DNA of 32,000 bases, from positions 1,050,001 to 1,082,000 of the forward strand of contig NC_009073.1 of the NCBI RefSeq assembly GCF_000015805.1, given 5' to 3'. The notes under the pieces are model-generated. The model made no database searches and had not been told where the DNA came from. It worked only from the letters and a program-made list of their open reading frames with translations. This document shows, in pieces, positions 8,987 to 18,512 of the stretch. This DNA is from Pyrobaculum calidifontis JCM 11548 (lineage in GTDB: Archaea > Thermoproteota > Thermoprotei > Thermoproteales > Thermoproteaceae). A program made the position numbers and the translations under genes. Within the stretch, counting starts at the first letter, position 1. Each line of letters opens with the position of its first letter.

Positions 8987-9760
8987 TTATTTTGTCCACT
9001 TCACGGCCTCTTCCAACGCTTTAGACACGCCGCTTGTCTTCATGGCGACAACTATGAGGCGGTCTGACCCCCTTCTGTACTCCTCTCCGTTGAAGTCTCC
9101 GTAGGCGGCTTCTACGACGAAGCCAACTGTGGACAACATAATGCGTAACTCTCCCAAGCCGTATAGAGTCAGCTCTAGGACGCGCTCTCCCAAGTACTTC
9201 CCAGCCTTGTATATCTGCCTCACCTCTCTAATCTTGGAGTGTAGGGGGTTGTAGTGCGCCGTGGACAAGACCCGGTAAGGCCCCGCGGATATCCAGAAGT
9301 TCCACGTCTCTCCCAGCGCCGCGTATATGTCCTCTATCTTGGCCTTGTTGGCCACGTCCACTAGGAGCCTGCCCCCCGGCTTAATTATTCCAGAGAGCCA
9401 AGTCAAAATCTCGAGGTCTGCCTCCGGGCCAAACATCCCCAGCGTGGAGTGCATTATATACGCCCCGTGGAAGGCCCCCCTCCTAAACGGCGGATTTCTC
9501 ACATCGCCAGCAACGACGTCGCCAAACCTCTTGGCATACTTCAAATACTTGACATTAATGTCGACGCCCACGACGCTGTCCCTCGGCATGTGGGCCATGT
9601 GCCGCCCGTGGCCGCAGGCGACGTCGAGGACGCGTTTACCCGGCGAAATGCCCAAAGCCTTTTGAATAAACAGAGCCTCCTGCCTAGTCGCCTCCTCGCC
9701 TCTGTAGTACTGCATAAAGTCGAGGTATACGTCGTCGAAGAATTCGGCAATCCAACTCAC
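8987..9760 (-). CDS. Class I SAM-dependent methyltransferase
   Basis: Motif [12 protein letters not shown], motif II-like [11 protein letters not shown] and post-I acidic residue VVGVDIN. GTG start at 9760. Confidence 0.78.
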   Translation of the reverse strand: MSWIAEFFDDVYLDFMQYYRGEEATRQEALFIQKALGISPGKRVLDVACGHGRHMAHMPRDSVVGVDINVKYLKYAKRFGDVVAGDVRNPPFRRGAFHGAYIMHSTLGMFGPEADLEILTWLSGIIKPGGRLLVDVANKAKIEDIYAALGETWNFWISAGPYRVLSTAHYNPLHSKIREVRQIYKAGKYLGERVLELTLYGLGELRIMLSTVGFVVEAAYGDFNGEEYRRGSDRLIVVAMKTSGVSKALEEAVKWTK

Positions 9761-9778
9761 GGAGGTGTAGCAGGGCGA

Positions 9779-10807
9779 CTACTTAACAATTGCCGCGAGG
9801 TCCTCGGGGCGCCGCGCCTCTCTGTGGCCAGAGGCCTTCCTAAGCCTGTTCATTATGGCGAGGCCAATCCCCCTCTCCTCTACGGCGGGCACTACGCCGA
9901 TGTCGACGCCCAATTTGTCCAATTGCCGGAGGGCGTCGTATAAATTCTTCGCCGCCTCGTATAAATCGCCGCCGAGCGGAATCGTGCGTTTCGCCTTGGG
10001 GCACTCCCCCACGCACAACACGGCCACCCTAAGCCCCCTGGCCTCTAGCCACTTTACGGCTTCCTCCAAGTCGAAGTGGACTATCACAAGCGGCGTCTCG
10101 GGGGCGTAGTGCCTATACTTCATCCCAGGGGCCAGCGCCACGTCGGCCTCGGCCAGCCCCCGGGCCACCGGAGGCACCTCCACTCTGCCAAAGAATTTCT
10201 CAAGCTCTTCCACAGTGAAGGGGCCAGGCCGTAATAAGACCGGCGGAGTCCTCGTGACGTCCACTATGGTTGACTCAACGCCGAAGAAGGTGGGCCCCCC
10301 ATCCACAATTAAGTCAACCTCGTCGCCCAAGTCCTCTAAGACGTGCTCAGCCGTGGTGGGACTAGGCCTGCCCGCCCTATTGGCGCTGGGACCGGCGATG
10401 GGCGCCCCCAGCTCTCTTATAATTGCAAGAGGGATAGGGTGGGCAGGCGCCCTCACGGCAACGGTGTCTAAACCAGCTGTGACACACCTAGGGAGAACCC
10501 CCCTGGACTTAACCACCACAGTGATGGGGCCAGGCCAAACTCGCCGAAGGATATCCCTCAACTCCGGCGGAATATATGCCACAGTCTCAGCCATCTCCAC
10601 AGAGTCCACGTGGACAATGAGGGGGTTGTCCATGGGCCGCCTCTTCACTTGGAAAACCTTTCTACACCCCGCCTCACTGTAGGCGTGGGCAAAGAGGCCA
10701 TAAACGGTCTCAGTAGGCGCCGCCACTACGCCGCCTCTCCTAAGCACCTCGGCCGCCCTCTTCACAACGTCCGGGTCCGGCCTAAGAGGGTCGCATTTGA
10801 CCAACAC
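9779..10807 (-). CDS. sua5: L-threonylcarbamoyladenylate synthase (YrdC domain plus Sua5 C-terminal domain)
   Basis: 342 aa. VVAAPTETVYGLFA, KRRPMDNPLIVHV and SANRAGRPSPTTAEHV are YrdC/Sua5 motifs, followed by a Sua5-type C-terminal domain. tttataaaa (10825-10833) is about 22 nt upstream of GTG 10807. Confidence 0.9.
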   Translation of the reverse strand: MLVKCDPLRPDPDVVKRAAEVLRRGGVVAAPTETVYGLFAHAYSEAGCRKVFQVKRRPMDNPLIVHVDSVEMAETVAYIPPELRDILRRVWPGPITVVVKSRGVLPRCVTAGLDTVAVRAPAHPIPLAIIRELGAPIAGPSANRAGRPSPTTAEHVLEDLGDEVDLIVDGGPTFFGVESTIVDVTRTPPVLLRPGPFTVEELEKFFGRVEVPPVARGLAEADVALAPGMKYRHYAPETPLVIVHFDLEEAVKWLEARGLRVAVLCVGECPKAKRTIPLGGDLYEAAKNLYDALRQLDKLGVDIGVVPAVEERGIGLAIMNRLRKASGHREARRPEDLAAIVK

Positions 10808-10870
10808 AGTGGAGCCACGGTGGGTTTATAAAAGGCTGTAAAAGGGGAAAGGCGAGGAAAAAGGACGGGT

Positions 10871-12052
10871 TTACCTCCGCCTAAGCGCCACGTAGGCCGC
10901 GGCAACCGCCACAGCCGCGAGGGCAACGGCGCCGATCAGCCCGCTGGCGGCCGCACTGACCTCACCACCACTGGCTCCGGCCGATTGCGCGTTGTCCCCC
11001 GAGGGCTCGTAGGCCGCGCCCTTTGCCAACTGCTCCGCCAGCCACGCCTCCACGTCGTGCGGCGGCTCCTTGTATATCGGTGTGTAGTCCTTGATTAATA
11101 TGTCAAATCTGCCGCCGCCTATTCCACATCCCAGCTCAAGGATTAGGGAGTGGTTCCCCGCGGCCTCTCTCACCGCCTTCGCCAACTCCGCCTTTGTCAT
11201 ATTGGCGCAGACCGATTTGGCGAACGAAATGCCGTACGTGGGCACACCGAGGGTGCCGCTCTCGTGCATAGCGGCCCACACCGAGGGAGCCCACTCCAGC
11301 GTCGCCAAGACCGCCCAGACACGCCACCTAACCTCCAAATCGGTGAGATTGACCGGCTTGTCACAGGATAGGCCAAACCTGTTAAGCCCCTTCTCAACGG
11401 CCTCCCTCCTCTCACGACAGAGCTGGCGCAGGAGGACCTCCATGGCCTTCCTCGTGACATTCTTAGTCTCATCTACCCATTTCGACTTTTCGAAGTAGGC
11501 ATTCACGTTGAGGAGGTATTTTGTCACGTTTTCCCCTGCCCACTCCTCTGGGCCCCAGGGCACTACGAAGACGATTATCGTGGCGTTTGTCTCCACTGAG
11601 GGCAAGGTGGGCCTATGCCTCACCACGGCGTATGCCACTGGGGGCTTTAGTGAGAATACGCCGGTGGCCGTGGCGTTGGGGAATAGGGAGTCCACAAGGC
11701 CCTTAAGGGCGTAGGACAGGGCCGGCGGGGCTCCCTCGGAGCTGGCGTTTATGCCCAAGTGGCGAAGGACGGCGCCCTCCACGCCGCCCTTGAACACCCA
11801 GACTTGCGGCGTGCCCCACGCCTTTGGCTCCACTACCACGAAGGGCCCGGCCTTCGTCACGTTGAAGTCCTCTGGGAAAAACAACACCGACCCAGCCAAC
11901 GCCCAAGCCGCCAAGGCCCACACCACAAACGCCGCCCTCACAGCCGCCCCACCCCACCCAGAGAAAAAGCTAACGTACCCAAAGTACATACTACGTCCAA
12001 CTATTTGGTGTGTTAGGCTAAACAGACTGAATATGTAGCCAACTGAAGTCAT
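10871..12052 (-). CDS. Hypothetical surface glycoprotein with an N-terminal hydrophobic segment and a C-terminal TM anchor
   Basis: About 10 N-x-S/T sequons (NVT, NAS, NAT, NVT, NLT, NMT, NHS and others). The C-terminus is GLIGAVALAAVAVAAAYVALRRR, preceded by a Gly/Ser/Ala linker. I recognise no family. Start is uncertain (ATG 12052 or ATG 11989). Confidence 0.6.
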   Translation of the reverse strand: MTSVGYIFSLFSLTHQIVGRSMYFGYVSFFSGWGGAAVRAAFVVWALAAWALAGSVLFFPEDFNVTKAGPFVVVEPKAWGTPQVWVFKGGVEGAVLRHLGINASSEGAPPALSYALKGLVDSLFPNATATGVFSLKPPVAYAVVRHRPTLPSVETNATIIVFVVPWGPEEWAGENVTKYLLNVNAYFEKSKWVDETKNVTRKAMEVLLRQLCRERREAVEKGLNRFGLSCDKPVNLTDLEVRWRVWAVLATLEWAPSVWAAMHESGTLGVPTYGISFAKSVCANMTKAELAKAVREAAGNHSLILELGCGIGGGRFDILIKDYTPIYKEPPHDVEAWLAEQLAKGAAYEPSGDNAQSAGASGGEVSAAASGLIGAVALAAVAVAAAYVALRRR

Positions 12053-12088
12053 CTATGCATAGTTATTCCCATAGCACGCAGAACGGCC

Positions 12089-12421
12089 CTAGCAACAAAG
12101 TATATCACCCATCCGAACTGGCGTATTACTCAGATAACACGCGTTGGTCGACGTAGCTGGACCACCGCTATTTCCATGTTGCGCTATCGGCTCTGTAAGA
12201 AAAACGTGTAACATAGTACCGAGATCCAAATTCTCATGACGGCTTGGCATCACTTTTACGTGTAAGATTATACATCCAGACGTTATTCCGTTGAAAACGG
12301 TTTTTAACAGTAGCCACGTAGTTACGTACACCTGGGCCATGGCCGCCGTGGATAGTATTAGCGCCGTTACTGCGGCGGTGTGTATGAGCTTGGGGTTTAA
12401 CATGGGGTTTGAATTTCCCAC
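12089..12421 (-). CDS. Possible small secreted Cys-containing protein in an AT-rich island (weak call)
   Basis: From ATG 12403 the N-terminus MLNPKLIHTAAVTALILSTAAMA-QVYV looks like a signal peptide. Composition and codon choice (tta, ata, aat, gtt) differ from neighbouring genes. No family recognised. Confidence 0.35.
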   Translation of the reverse strand: MGNSNPMLNPKLIHTAAVTALILSTAAMAQVYVTTWLLLKTVFNGITSGCIILHVKVMPSRHENLDLGTMLHVFLTEPIAQHGNSGGPATSTNACYLSNTPVRMGDILCC

Positions 12422-12492
12422 CTTTTCCGCTTCGATGTTTGTTGAAACTTCTTTCTTAAAGTTACGTATTAAGGGCTTCGCGTGTAGTTACT

Positions 12493-12504
12493 GATTTAAA
12501 TATT
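12493..12504 (+). promoter_or_regulatory. TATA-like box for the dehydrogenase operon
   Basis: gatttaaatatt is centred about 23 nt upstream of ATG 12521. Confidence 0.55.
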
Positions 12505-12520
12505 GTGCTAATTCCCCTCC

Positions 12521-13330
12521 ATGGACGTAACCGTGGTTGGCATGGGCAACATGGGATTTGCGTTTGCGAAGAGGGCGCACGCCCAGGGGTTCTCTGTCTA
12601 CTGGTGGAATAGGACTAGGGAGAAGGTAAAGGGCGCGCCCGGCGTTGAGCTAAAGAGGCTTGAGGAGGCGAGGGGTCTCGTGGTTGTGTTTGTGGCAGAC
12701 GACCAAGCCCTCTACTCCGTGGTGGACAAACTGGGCGGTGAGTACGTGGCTCTGGCTGGCACATACTCGGTCGACGCAGTTAGGAGGGCCGTAGGGGCGC
12801 TGGCGTCTAGGGGCAAGAGGGCTTTTGCGATGCCTGTGGTGGGTAGCCCCAGGAACGTGGAAAACGGCGACGCTATATACCTAGTGGGGGCCTCCGAGGA
12901 GGTGTATACGCAGCTGAGGCCCCACCTCGAGAAATTCGGCGTGTTGTTCTATGTCGGGGACAGCGTAAAGGCGGCTGCTCTCAAGTTGGCGTACAACGCG
13001 CTCTTGATATCCACGGTGGCCGCGCTGGGTGAGTCTCTGTCTCTGGCGCTGAAGTACGGCATATCGGCGGACGCGTTTAGAGAGCTTCTTTCGCACACTG
13101 TGTTTAAGGAGGTGGCGGCGCGCTACGTGGAGAGAATGTTGGGCAAGACGGCCCCAACCTTCACCGTCAGAAACGCGGCTAAGGACATGCGCTACGCCTC
13201 CGCCGCGGCGGGGGAGGCCGGCGTGGGGAACGTGGCCATAAGCGGCGTCAAGGCCTTGTACGAGGTCCTAACGGCGCTGGGGCTCGGCGACGAGGACTAC
13301 GTGAAGGCTGGGTTGCTGGAGACGAAATGA
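12521..13330 (+). CDS. NAD(P)-dependent beta-hydroxyacid dehydrogenase family (3-hydroxyisobutyrate / 6-phosphogluconate dehydrogenase-like)
   Basis: Rossmann motif VTVVGMGNMGFAFAKRA and the family motif AAALKLAYNALL. Length 269 aa. Confidence 0.8.
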   Translation: MDVTVVGMGNMGFAFAKRAHAQGFSVYWWNRTREKVKGAPGVELKRLEEARGLVVVFVADDQALYSVVDKLGGEYVALAGTYSVDAVRRAVGALASRGKRAFAMPVVGSPRNVENGDAIYLVGASEEVYTQLRPHLEKFGVLFYVGDSVKAAALKLAYNALLISTVAALGESLSLALKYGISADAFRELLSHTVFKEVAARYVERMLGKTAPTFTVRNAAKDMRYASAAAGEAGVGNVAISGVKALYEVLTALGLGDEDYVKAGLLETK

Positions 13331-13581
13331 CGCCGGTGGAGTACCTCGTCCTCCTATTAGGCTCCTTCCTCATGCTCCTCCTTTTTCTCTACATGTTTTG
13401 GAGAGAGACCGCGGCGAGGGGCAGGGAGAAGCCGGCCGAGACGTATACAGTGGTTAAATGTGGAGATGGGACGGAGCGGAGGCGTAAGTACCAGGAGGGA
13501 GACTTCGTTGGGAAGCCCGTGGAGGATTGCCCAGGCGGAGTGGTGGTGGGTATATATAAGGAGGTGCAACAAGAGCGTTGA
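13327..13581 (+). CDS. Small membrane protein (one N-terminal TM, two-Cys soluble tail), unknown function
   Basis: TM segment YLVLLLGSFLMLLLFLYMFW, then a charged tail with VVKCGDG and EDCPGG. ATGA overlap with the upstream gene and TGA/ATG interlock with the downstream gene. Confidence 0.55.
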   Translation: MTPVEYLVLLLGSFLMLLLFLYMFWRETAARGREKPAETYTVVKCGDGTERRRKYQEGDFVGKPVEDCPGGVVVGIYKEVQQER

Positions 13582-14876
13582 TGTTGCCCTACAAGTCGGC
13601 AATCCCCATAGCCGAGGCGTTGCGGAGGGGCGAGGGCAAGGCCACAGTTAGGGGGTGGGTTTATAGGAAGAGGACGCTTAAGGAAAAGGTCTTCCTTCTC
13701 CTGAGAGACGCCACGGGGGTTATCCAGCTCGTCGTCCCCAGGGCCAAGTTCCCGGAGGCCGAGTCGTTGAACTTGGAGTCGTCTCTGGTGGCCACTGGGG
13801 TGCTTGTCAGAGAGCCCAGGGCGCCTGGCGGCGTTGAGCTACATGTGGAAAGCATAGACTGGGTCTACGTGGGCGAGCCCTATCCAATAAATGAAGACGC
13901 CGCGGTCTCAGACAGCGAGTACCTCCTCGACGTTAGACACCTCTGGTTGAGGAGTAGGAAGATGCAGGCCATACTGAAGATTAGGCACACCGTCTTTGGG
14001 GCAATACATGACTACTTTAGGCGGAGGGGCTTCTACGAGGTGCACCCGCCGATGTTTATAACGGCGGCTGTGGAAGGCGGGGCCACTCTATTCAAGGTGG
14101 AGTACTTCGACCGCACGGTATATCTCACGCAGAGCTCGCAGTTCTACCTAGAGGCGTTGATCTACAGCCTAGAGAAGGTCTACACAGTGGCTCCAAGCTT
14201 TAGGGCGGAGCCATCTAGGACTAGGCGCCACCTCACCGAGTTTTGGCACGCCGAGATGGAGATCGCGTGGGCGCACATGGACGACGCGGCTAAAGTCGGC
14301 GAGGAGGTGATAGGCCACGTGGTTGAGAGGGTGCTGGACGAGAGGCAGGATGAGTTAAAGCTCTTGGGCAGGAAGGTTGAGGCTCTAGAGAGGGCAAAGC
14401 CGCCATTCCACTGGCTCAGCTACGACGAGGCTATAGAGGTGCTGAGGAAGAAGGGCTTTGCGCTGAGCTGGGGCGACGACATAGGCGCAGATGAGGAGAG
14501 GGCCCTCACTCTTGAGTTTGACAAGCCCATAATCCTCCACGGGTTCCCCGAGAAGCTCAAGGCCTTCTACCACAGGAACAACCCCCAGAGGCCGGAGGTT
14601 ACGCTGAGCTTTGACGTGCTTCTCCCAGAGGGATACGGCGAAGTTATAGGCGGGGGAGAGAGGATATACGACGCCAAGGAGCTCGTGGAGAAGATAATCC
14701 GCTTTGGGCTAAACCCAGAGGACTACCAGTGGTACATCGACTTGAGGAGGTACGGCTCAGTGCCCCACGCCGGGTTTGGCCTCGGCGTAGACAGACTCGT
14801 CATGTGGATAGCCGGCGCAGACCACATAAGAGACGTGGTCCCATTCCCCCGTGACATTAGGAGGACAAGGCCCTAG
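13581..14876 (+). CDS. asnS: Class IIb aminoacyl-tRNA synthetase, most likely asparaginyl-tRNA synthetase
   Basis: OB-fold N-terminus VRGWVYRKR..VFLLLRDATGVIQLVV, motif 2 FRAEPSRTRRHLTEFWHAEME and motif 3 GFGLGVDRLVMWI. SRTRRHLTEFWH and GATLFKVEYF resemble archaeal AsnRS more than AspRS. ATG 13581 is preferred over the track's TTG 13578. Confidence 0.72.
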   Translation: MLPYKSAIPIAEALRRGEGKATVRGWVYRKRTLKEKVFLLLRDATGVIQLVVPRAKFPEAESLNLESSLVATGVLVREPRAPGGVELHVESIDWVYVGEPYPINEDAAVSDSEYLLDVRHLWLRSRKMQAILKIRHTVFGAIHDYFRRRGFYEVHPPMFITAAVEGGATLFKVEYFDRTVYLTQSSQFYLEALIYSLEKVYTVAPSFRAEPSRTRRHLTEFWHAEMEIAWAHMDDAAKVGEEVIGHVVERVLDERQDELKLLGRKVEALERAKPPFHWLSYDEAIEVLRKKGFALSWGDDIGADEERALTLEFDKPIILHGFPEKLKAFYHRNNPQRPEVTLSFDVLLPEGYGEVIGGGERIYDAKELVEKIIRFGLNPEDYQWYIDLRRYGSVPHAGFGLGVDRLVMWIAGADHIRDVVPFPRDIRRTRP

Positions 14877-14877
14877 A

Positions 14878-15438
14878 GTGTTTATAACGGGGACGCCGGG
14901 AGTTGGGAAAACCACGCAGTGTAAAAGGCTAGCCCCCCTCTTGCACACAGAGTGTATATCCCTTGGCGAAGCCCTCCTCTCCTCGCCCTACGTTAAATAC
15001 GTCCCCCACCTCGACACTTACGAGATAGTGGACATGGAGAAGGCCAAGAGGTATGTGAAGCCTCTACTGTCGAAGGGCAGAGTCTTAGAGACCCACGTCG
15101 TCGAGTTAGTGGATGACGTAGACGTCGTGTTTGTGCTAAGGAAAGCCCCCGACGTGTTATACGCCGAGTTGGCCAAGAGGGGGTGGCCCACGAGGAAGGT
15201 CGTGGAGAACGTGTGGGCAGAGATACTAGACGTGGTATACGTGGCCGCCAGAGAGAGGTGGGGCAAGGTGTTTCAGATAGATGTCACGCGTAGGAGCCCC
15301 GAGGAGACCTCTGCCCTCTTGATGAAGTGCCTCTCCGGCGAGTGTGTAGACGAGGAGGTGGACTGGCTGTCCTACGCCGAGAGGAGCGGGTTTCTCGACT
15401 TTATTGAACGTCTGTCTCGCTCGGAGGGCTTGTCTTAA
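14878..15438 (+). CDS. Fap7 / adenylate kinase 6-like NTPase
   Basis: From GTG 14878 the N-terminus is (M)FITGTPGVGKTT (P-loop). VVFVLRKAPDVLYAELAKRGW, ENVWAEILDV and C-terminal VDW parallel archaeal Fap7. The start lies 1 nt after the asnS stop. Confidence 0.8.
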   Translation: MFITGTPGVGKTTQCKRLAPLLHTECISLGEALLSSPYVKYVPHLDTYEIVDMEKAKRYVKPLLSKGRVLETHVVELVDDVDVVFVLRKAPDVLYAELAKRGWPTRKVVENVWAEILDVVYVAARERWGKVFQIDVTRRSPEETSALLMKCLSGECVDEEVDWLSYAERSGFLDFIERLSRSEGLS

Positions 15439-15805
15439 GGCTTTTCTTCTCCACGAGCACGAGCAGGGCCCAGCCCTGCGCCGTCAGCCTCTTCAACACC
15501 CCCCTGAGGCTGTTCTTAGGGGATGTGAGCACGACGTAGTGCACAATGCCGTCGCTGACTAGCAGTCTTGCAAAATACCTACGGCCCACGGCGTCTTCCA
15601 AGGCTATGTCTAATGCGTATAAGCCGCCGAGGTGCGGCAAGGCCTCTGCTACGTCCGTCTGAATGGAGTCGAGGACTTGGCGGTATTTGTCAACTCTTCC
15701 CGCCACTTCTCTCAACCCGGCGATCTTTAGGTCTAGAAGAGCTACGCCGTAGTCGCGGCCGACCTTTAGAACTGCGACAGACTTCACACTCACAACAAAC
15801 ACCAC
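15401..15805 (-). CDS. Hypothetical protein (134 aa)
   Basis: GTG start 12 nt downstream of the DUF354-like gene, same strand. Composition is ordinary for this genome. No family recognised. The 3' end overlaps the Fap7-like gene by 38 nt. Confidence 0.5.
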   Translation of the reverse strand: MVFVVSVKSVAVLKVGRDYGVALLDLKIAGLREVAGRVDKYRQVLDSIQTDVAEALPHLGGLYALDIALEDAVGRRYFARLLVSDGIVHYVVLTSPKNSLRGVLKRLTAQGWALLVLVEKKSLKTSPPSETDVQ

Positions 15806-15817
15806 GAGTTAAAAAGC

Positions 15818-16807
15818 TTATCTCACAACATCTTTCACTACCTCGAAGATGAGGCCCGTCGGGTCTTCCAACCTCGGCGGCGTGGCTCTCCCGCTCTTCA
15901 GCGCATCTCTCAACGCCTTTACGCAACCCTCCTCGTCTTTGCACCGGAACAGAGGGGCGCCCCTTTCCTGGAGGTACCGGTCAATGTAGTAGTCCTCTGG
16001 GAAGTAGGAAAGCGCTGGGACCCCCAGGAGGGCGGCCTCCGTTGCCATGGTCGCGCCCCCAGAGACCACCGCCGCGGCGAAGTATGCCAAGTCTAAGTGG
16101 TCCACGGCGTGTGTGAGATTCACCACGCCCTCCTCCACTTGGTCATCGTACCGCGGCACGTTGACCACCTGGTACCCCATTTCGACGGCGAGCTTCATAA
16201 GCCTCCTGCGGAGCGACGCAGAATTCCACCGGTAGTACGCCGCGTGGCTCTCCTCGGGTCTAAAAACCACGTACCGCCCTGGGGCTAGGCCAAGGCTCTC
16301 CACTGTAGAGGCGTTGGGCCTAAACCTCGAAATCCACATGTACTCAAACACCCCGTCGAAGGTCACCACGCGCCGAGGACAATACCTAGCCCACTCCTCT
16401 GCGGGTATTGCCGAGGGGGCTATAAGCACGTCGGATAGAGGCAGGACGAGCCTGTTTACATGCACTGCGTGGGGAGTGTCGTTTAACACCACGAGGGGCT
16501 TCCCGAGGCCGAAGACGACCCTCGCCGCGTCAGGCGAGGGGAAGCTCAACATGCCGTCCACGCCCTTGGCCACCTCCACTAGCCCCAGCTGCCTCTCCAG
16601 GCCGAACACCAGCTTCTCGTACGTGTTCTTGCCGTATTTCCCAACGCAGAGATGTGGCACGTTGTACATCTTCAACATGTCTTCCACATGCATATACTCT
16701 CTACACGTCACCACCACCTCTATGCCCCTCCGCCGCCCCTCTACGTGGAGAACTGCGGCTATACGCGCCTGCTTGGGGGTCAACGCGTCGAAGAGCAACT
16801 TAGTCAT
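15818..16807 (-). CDS. DUF354-type protein (GT-B / UDP-GlcNAc 2-epimerase-like fold), unknown function
   Basis: 329 aa. The layout FDALTPKQ...[10 protein letters not shown]...VGKYG...[16 protein letters not shown]...[19 protein letters not shown] matches my recollection of the archaeal DUF354 family. Confidence 0.6.
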   Translation of the reverse strand: MTKLLFDALTPKQARIAAVLHVEGRRRGIEVVVTCREYMHVEDMLKMYNVPHLCVGKYGKNTYEKLVFGLERQLGLVEVAKGVDGMLSFPSPDAARVVFGLGKPLVVLNDTPHAVHVNRLVLPLSDVLIAPSAIPAEEWARYCPRRVVTFDGVFEYMWISRFRPNASTVESLGLAPGRYVVFRPEESHAAYYRWNSASLRRRLMKLAVEMGYQVVNVPRYDDQVEEGVVNLTHAVDHLDLAYFAAAVVSGGATMATEAALLGVPALSYFPEDYYIDRYLQERGAPLFRCKDEEGCVKALRDALKSGRATPPRLEDPTGLIFEVVKDVVR

Positions 16808-18512
16808 GTACGTAGATAAAAACGTCGGGACCGATCTTTTTCACAAACCCATACCTAAAGAACTGCGCATAGGCACCGACCTCTACGCCCCTTAGCACAG
16901 CCTCGCCGAGGCCAACCTCCTCCACCTTTCGGCCGGGGGCCCACGGCCGCACCACTCTGACCTCCACGGGGTCAACAACCCATTGGATAATCGGCGCGCC
17001 TATCTTCCTAGCCTCCTCGAGACTGAGGCTGTGCAAGCGGCCGTAAGCCACGCCGCCTTCAACCCTCTCAATCTCCACGTTGGCTAACTCCATGAGTCTA
17101 ACCACTGCCCCCTCCTTCACGTCTTGGCGCTGTACAAACACCTCGACCCTGCCCGGCCCCAGCCTATACACCCGCTCCCCCCGCTCCCTGAAGCTGGGGT
17201 GATAGGGCACCTTTGCCACAAGCTCCCTATCGGCTTCAAAGACGAGCCTCACGGGGTCGGCCACGTACATGTAGCGGTTTGCCACAGGCTCTATTTTCTT
17301 CCTATTTAGGGCAAAGAGGTTGGAAAGGGCGACGGTGGAGTCAGACGGCTTTATGCCCACTGTGAGGATGAGCTCCCATATGGCCTCTGGGAGTATCCCC
17401 CTGGCCCTAAGCCCGGCCAGCGTGGGCAAAGTGGGGTCGTCGTACCTCACCTTGAGGGCCTTGAGCTTAGACTTGCTGAGGGTGGCGCCCTCGATTTTAA
17501 GCCGGCCGAAGTGGATAGTGACAGGTTGCTCCCAGCCGAAGTGCTTAAAGACGTAGGACTGCTTCACGGTGTTGACGCTGTGCTCCTGCGCCCTCAGCAC
17601 GTGGGTGACGCCCATTAAGTGGTCGTCGATAGAGACGGCGAAGTTATACGTAGGCCAGACAATGTACTTATCCCCCACAAGGGGGTGGGGGGTCTTAGAC
17701 GTGTCGATGATTCTAAAGGCCACCCAATCTCTCACGCTTGGGTCTGGGTGCGACAAGTCAGTCTTTATCCTCACCACGGCCTCCCCCTCCCTAAACCGGC
17801 CCTCCAACATCTTATCCCAAAGCTCTAGGTTCTCCTCGGGGCTCTGCGACCTGTGGGGACAAGCCCTCCCCTCGTTTCTCAGCCTCCTCCACTCCTCCGG
17901 CCTACACAAGTCCACATAGGCGGCACCCATGGCCAAGAGCCTCTTGGCGTAGTCGTAGTACACCTCCATGCGCCTCGACTGTATATACTCCTCGTCCCAA
18001 GAGACGCCGAGCCACCTCAGATCCTCTCTAATGGCCTCGTAGGCGTTTACCTCCTCAGTAACAAGAGGCCTCTTAGTCCTGGGATCCGTATCCTCGAACC
18101 TGAGGATAAACCGCCCCCCGTACTTGAGCCGGTAGGCGTAGTTCAAAATCGCCGGCCTGGCGCTGCCCAAGTGGAGCACAAAGTCCGGGTTGGGGGCAAA
18201 TCGCACTACCACGCCGCCTTTAACCTTAGGCAGATCGGGGAGGGCCTCGATACCCGGCCTCTTCTGCTCCGGCCTCTTCTCCTCCAGGGCCTCAGGCCAC
18301 TTCTCCTCGAGAAGTCTCCTCTGCTCCTCTAGAGACATGGCGTTTACCCGCGCCACCACCGCCTCCACAACTTCCTTCACTTCCCTAGCCCTAGGCCTAA
18401 GCTCGGGGACTTCGGCCATTATCTTGGCCATAACTGCCTTTACGTCGGCCTTTCCGCCGTATTTAACTGCGTTGGCTAAGGCGTATTTAAGCGCGACTTC
18501 TTCAATGTTCAT
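16800..18512 (-). CDS. gltX: Glutamyl-tRNA synthetase, archaeal type
   Basis: 570 aa. [25 protein letters not shown] (HIGH-like), RFEDTDP and LSKSKL (KMSKS-like). Confidence 0.92.
   Translation of the reverse strand: MNIEEVALKYALANAVKYGGKADVKAVMAKIMAEVPELRPRAREVKEVVEAVVARVNAMSLEEQRRLLEEKWPEALEEKRPEQKRPGIEALPDLPKVKGGVVVRFAPNPDFVLHLGSARPAILNYAYRLKYGGRFILRFEDTDPRTKRPLVTEEVNAYEAIREDLRWLGVSWDEEYIQSRRMEVYYDYAKRLLAMGAAYVDLCRPEEWRRLRNEGRACPHRSQSPEENLELWDKMLEGRFREGEAVVRIKTDLSHPDPSVRDWVAFRIIDTSKTPHPLVGDKYIVWPTYNFAVSIDDHLMGVTHVLRAQEHSVNTVKQSYVFKHFGWEQPVTIHFGRLKIEGATLSKSKLKALKVRYDDPTLPTLAGLRARGILPEAIWELILTVGIKPSDSTVALSNLFALNRKKIEPVANRYMYVADPVRLVFEADRELVAKVPYHPSFRERGERVYRLGPGRVEVFVQRQDVKEGAVVRLMELANVEIERVEGGVAYGRLHSLSLEEARKIGAPIIQWVVDPVEVRVVRPWAPGRKVEEVGLGEAVLRGVEVGAYAQFFRYGFVKKIGPDVFIYVHD

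Noticed and set aside
12061-12520. Short shared strings (ttattccc at about 12063 and taattccc at about 12508) flanking the AT-rich island, considered as possible att-like direct repeats
   Set aside because: Only 6-7 nt are shared, which is well within chance. There is no integrase, no tRNA target and no other mobile-element hallmark.
13581-14876. Alternative call of the class IIb synthetase as aspartyl-tRNA synthetase
   Set aside because: The C-terminal FPRD..R..P tail resembles AspRS, but motif 2 (SRTRRHLTEFWH) and the GATLFKVEYF...TQSSQFYLE region look more like archaeal AsnRS. The call is kept as AsnRS with reduced confidence; a profile search would settle it.
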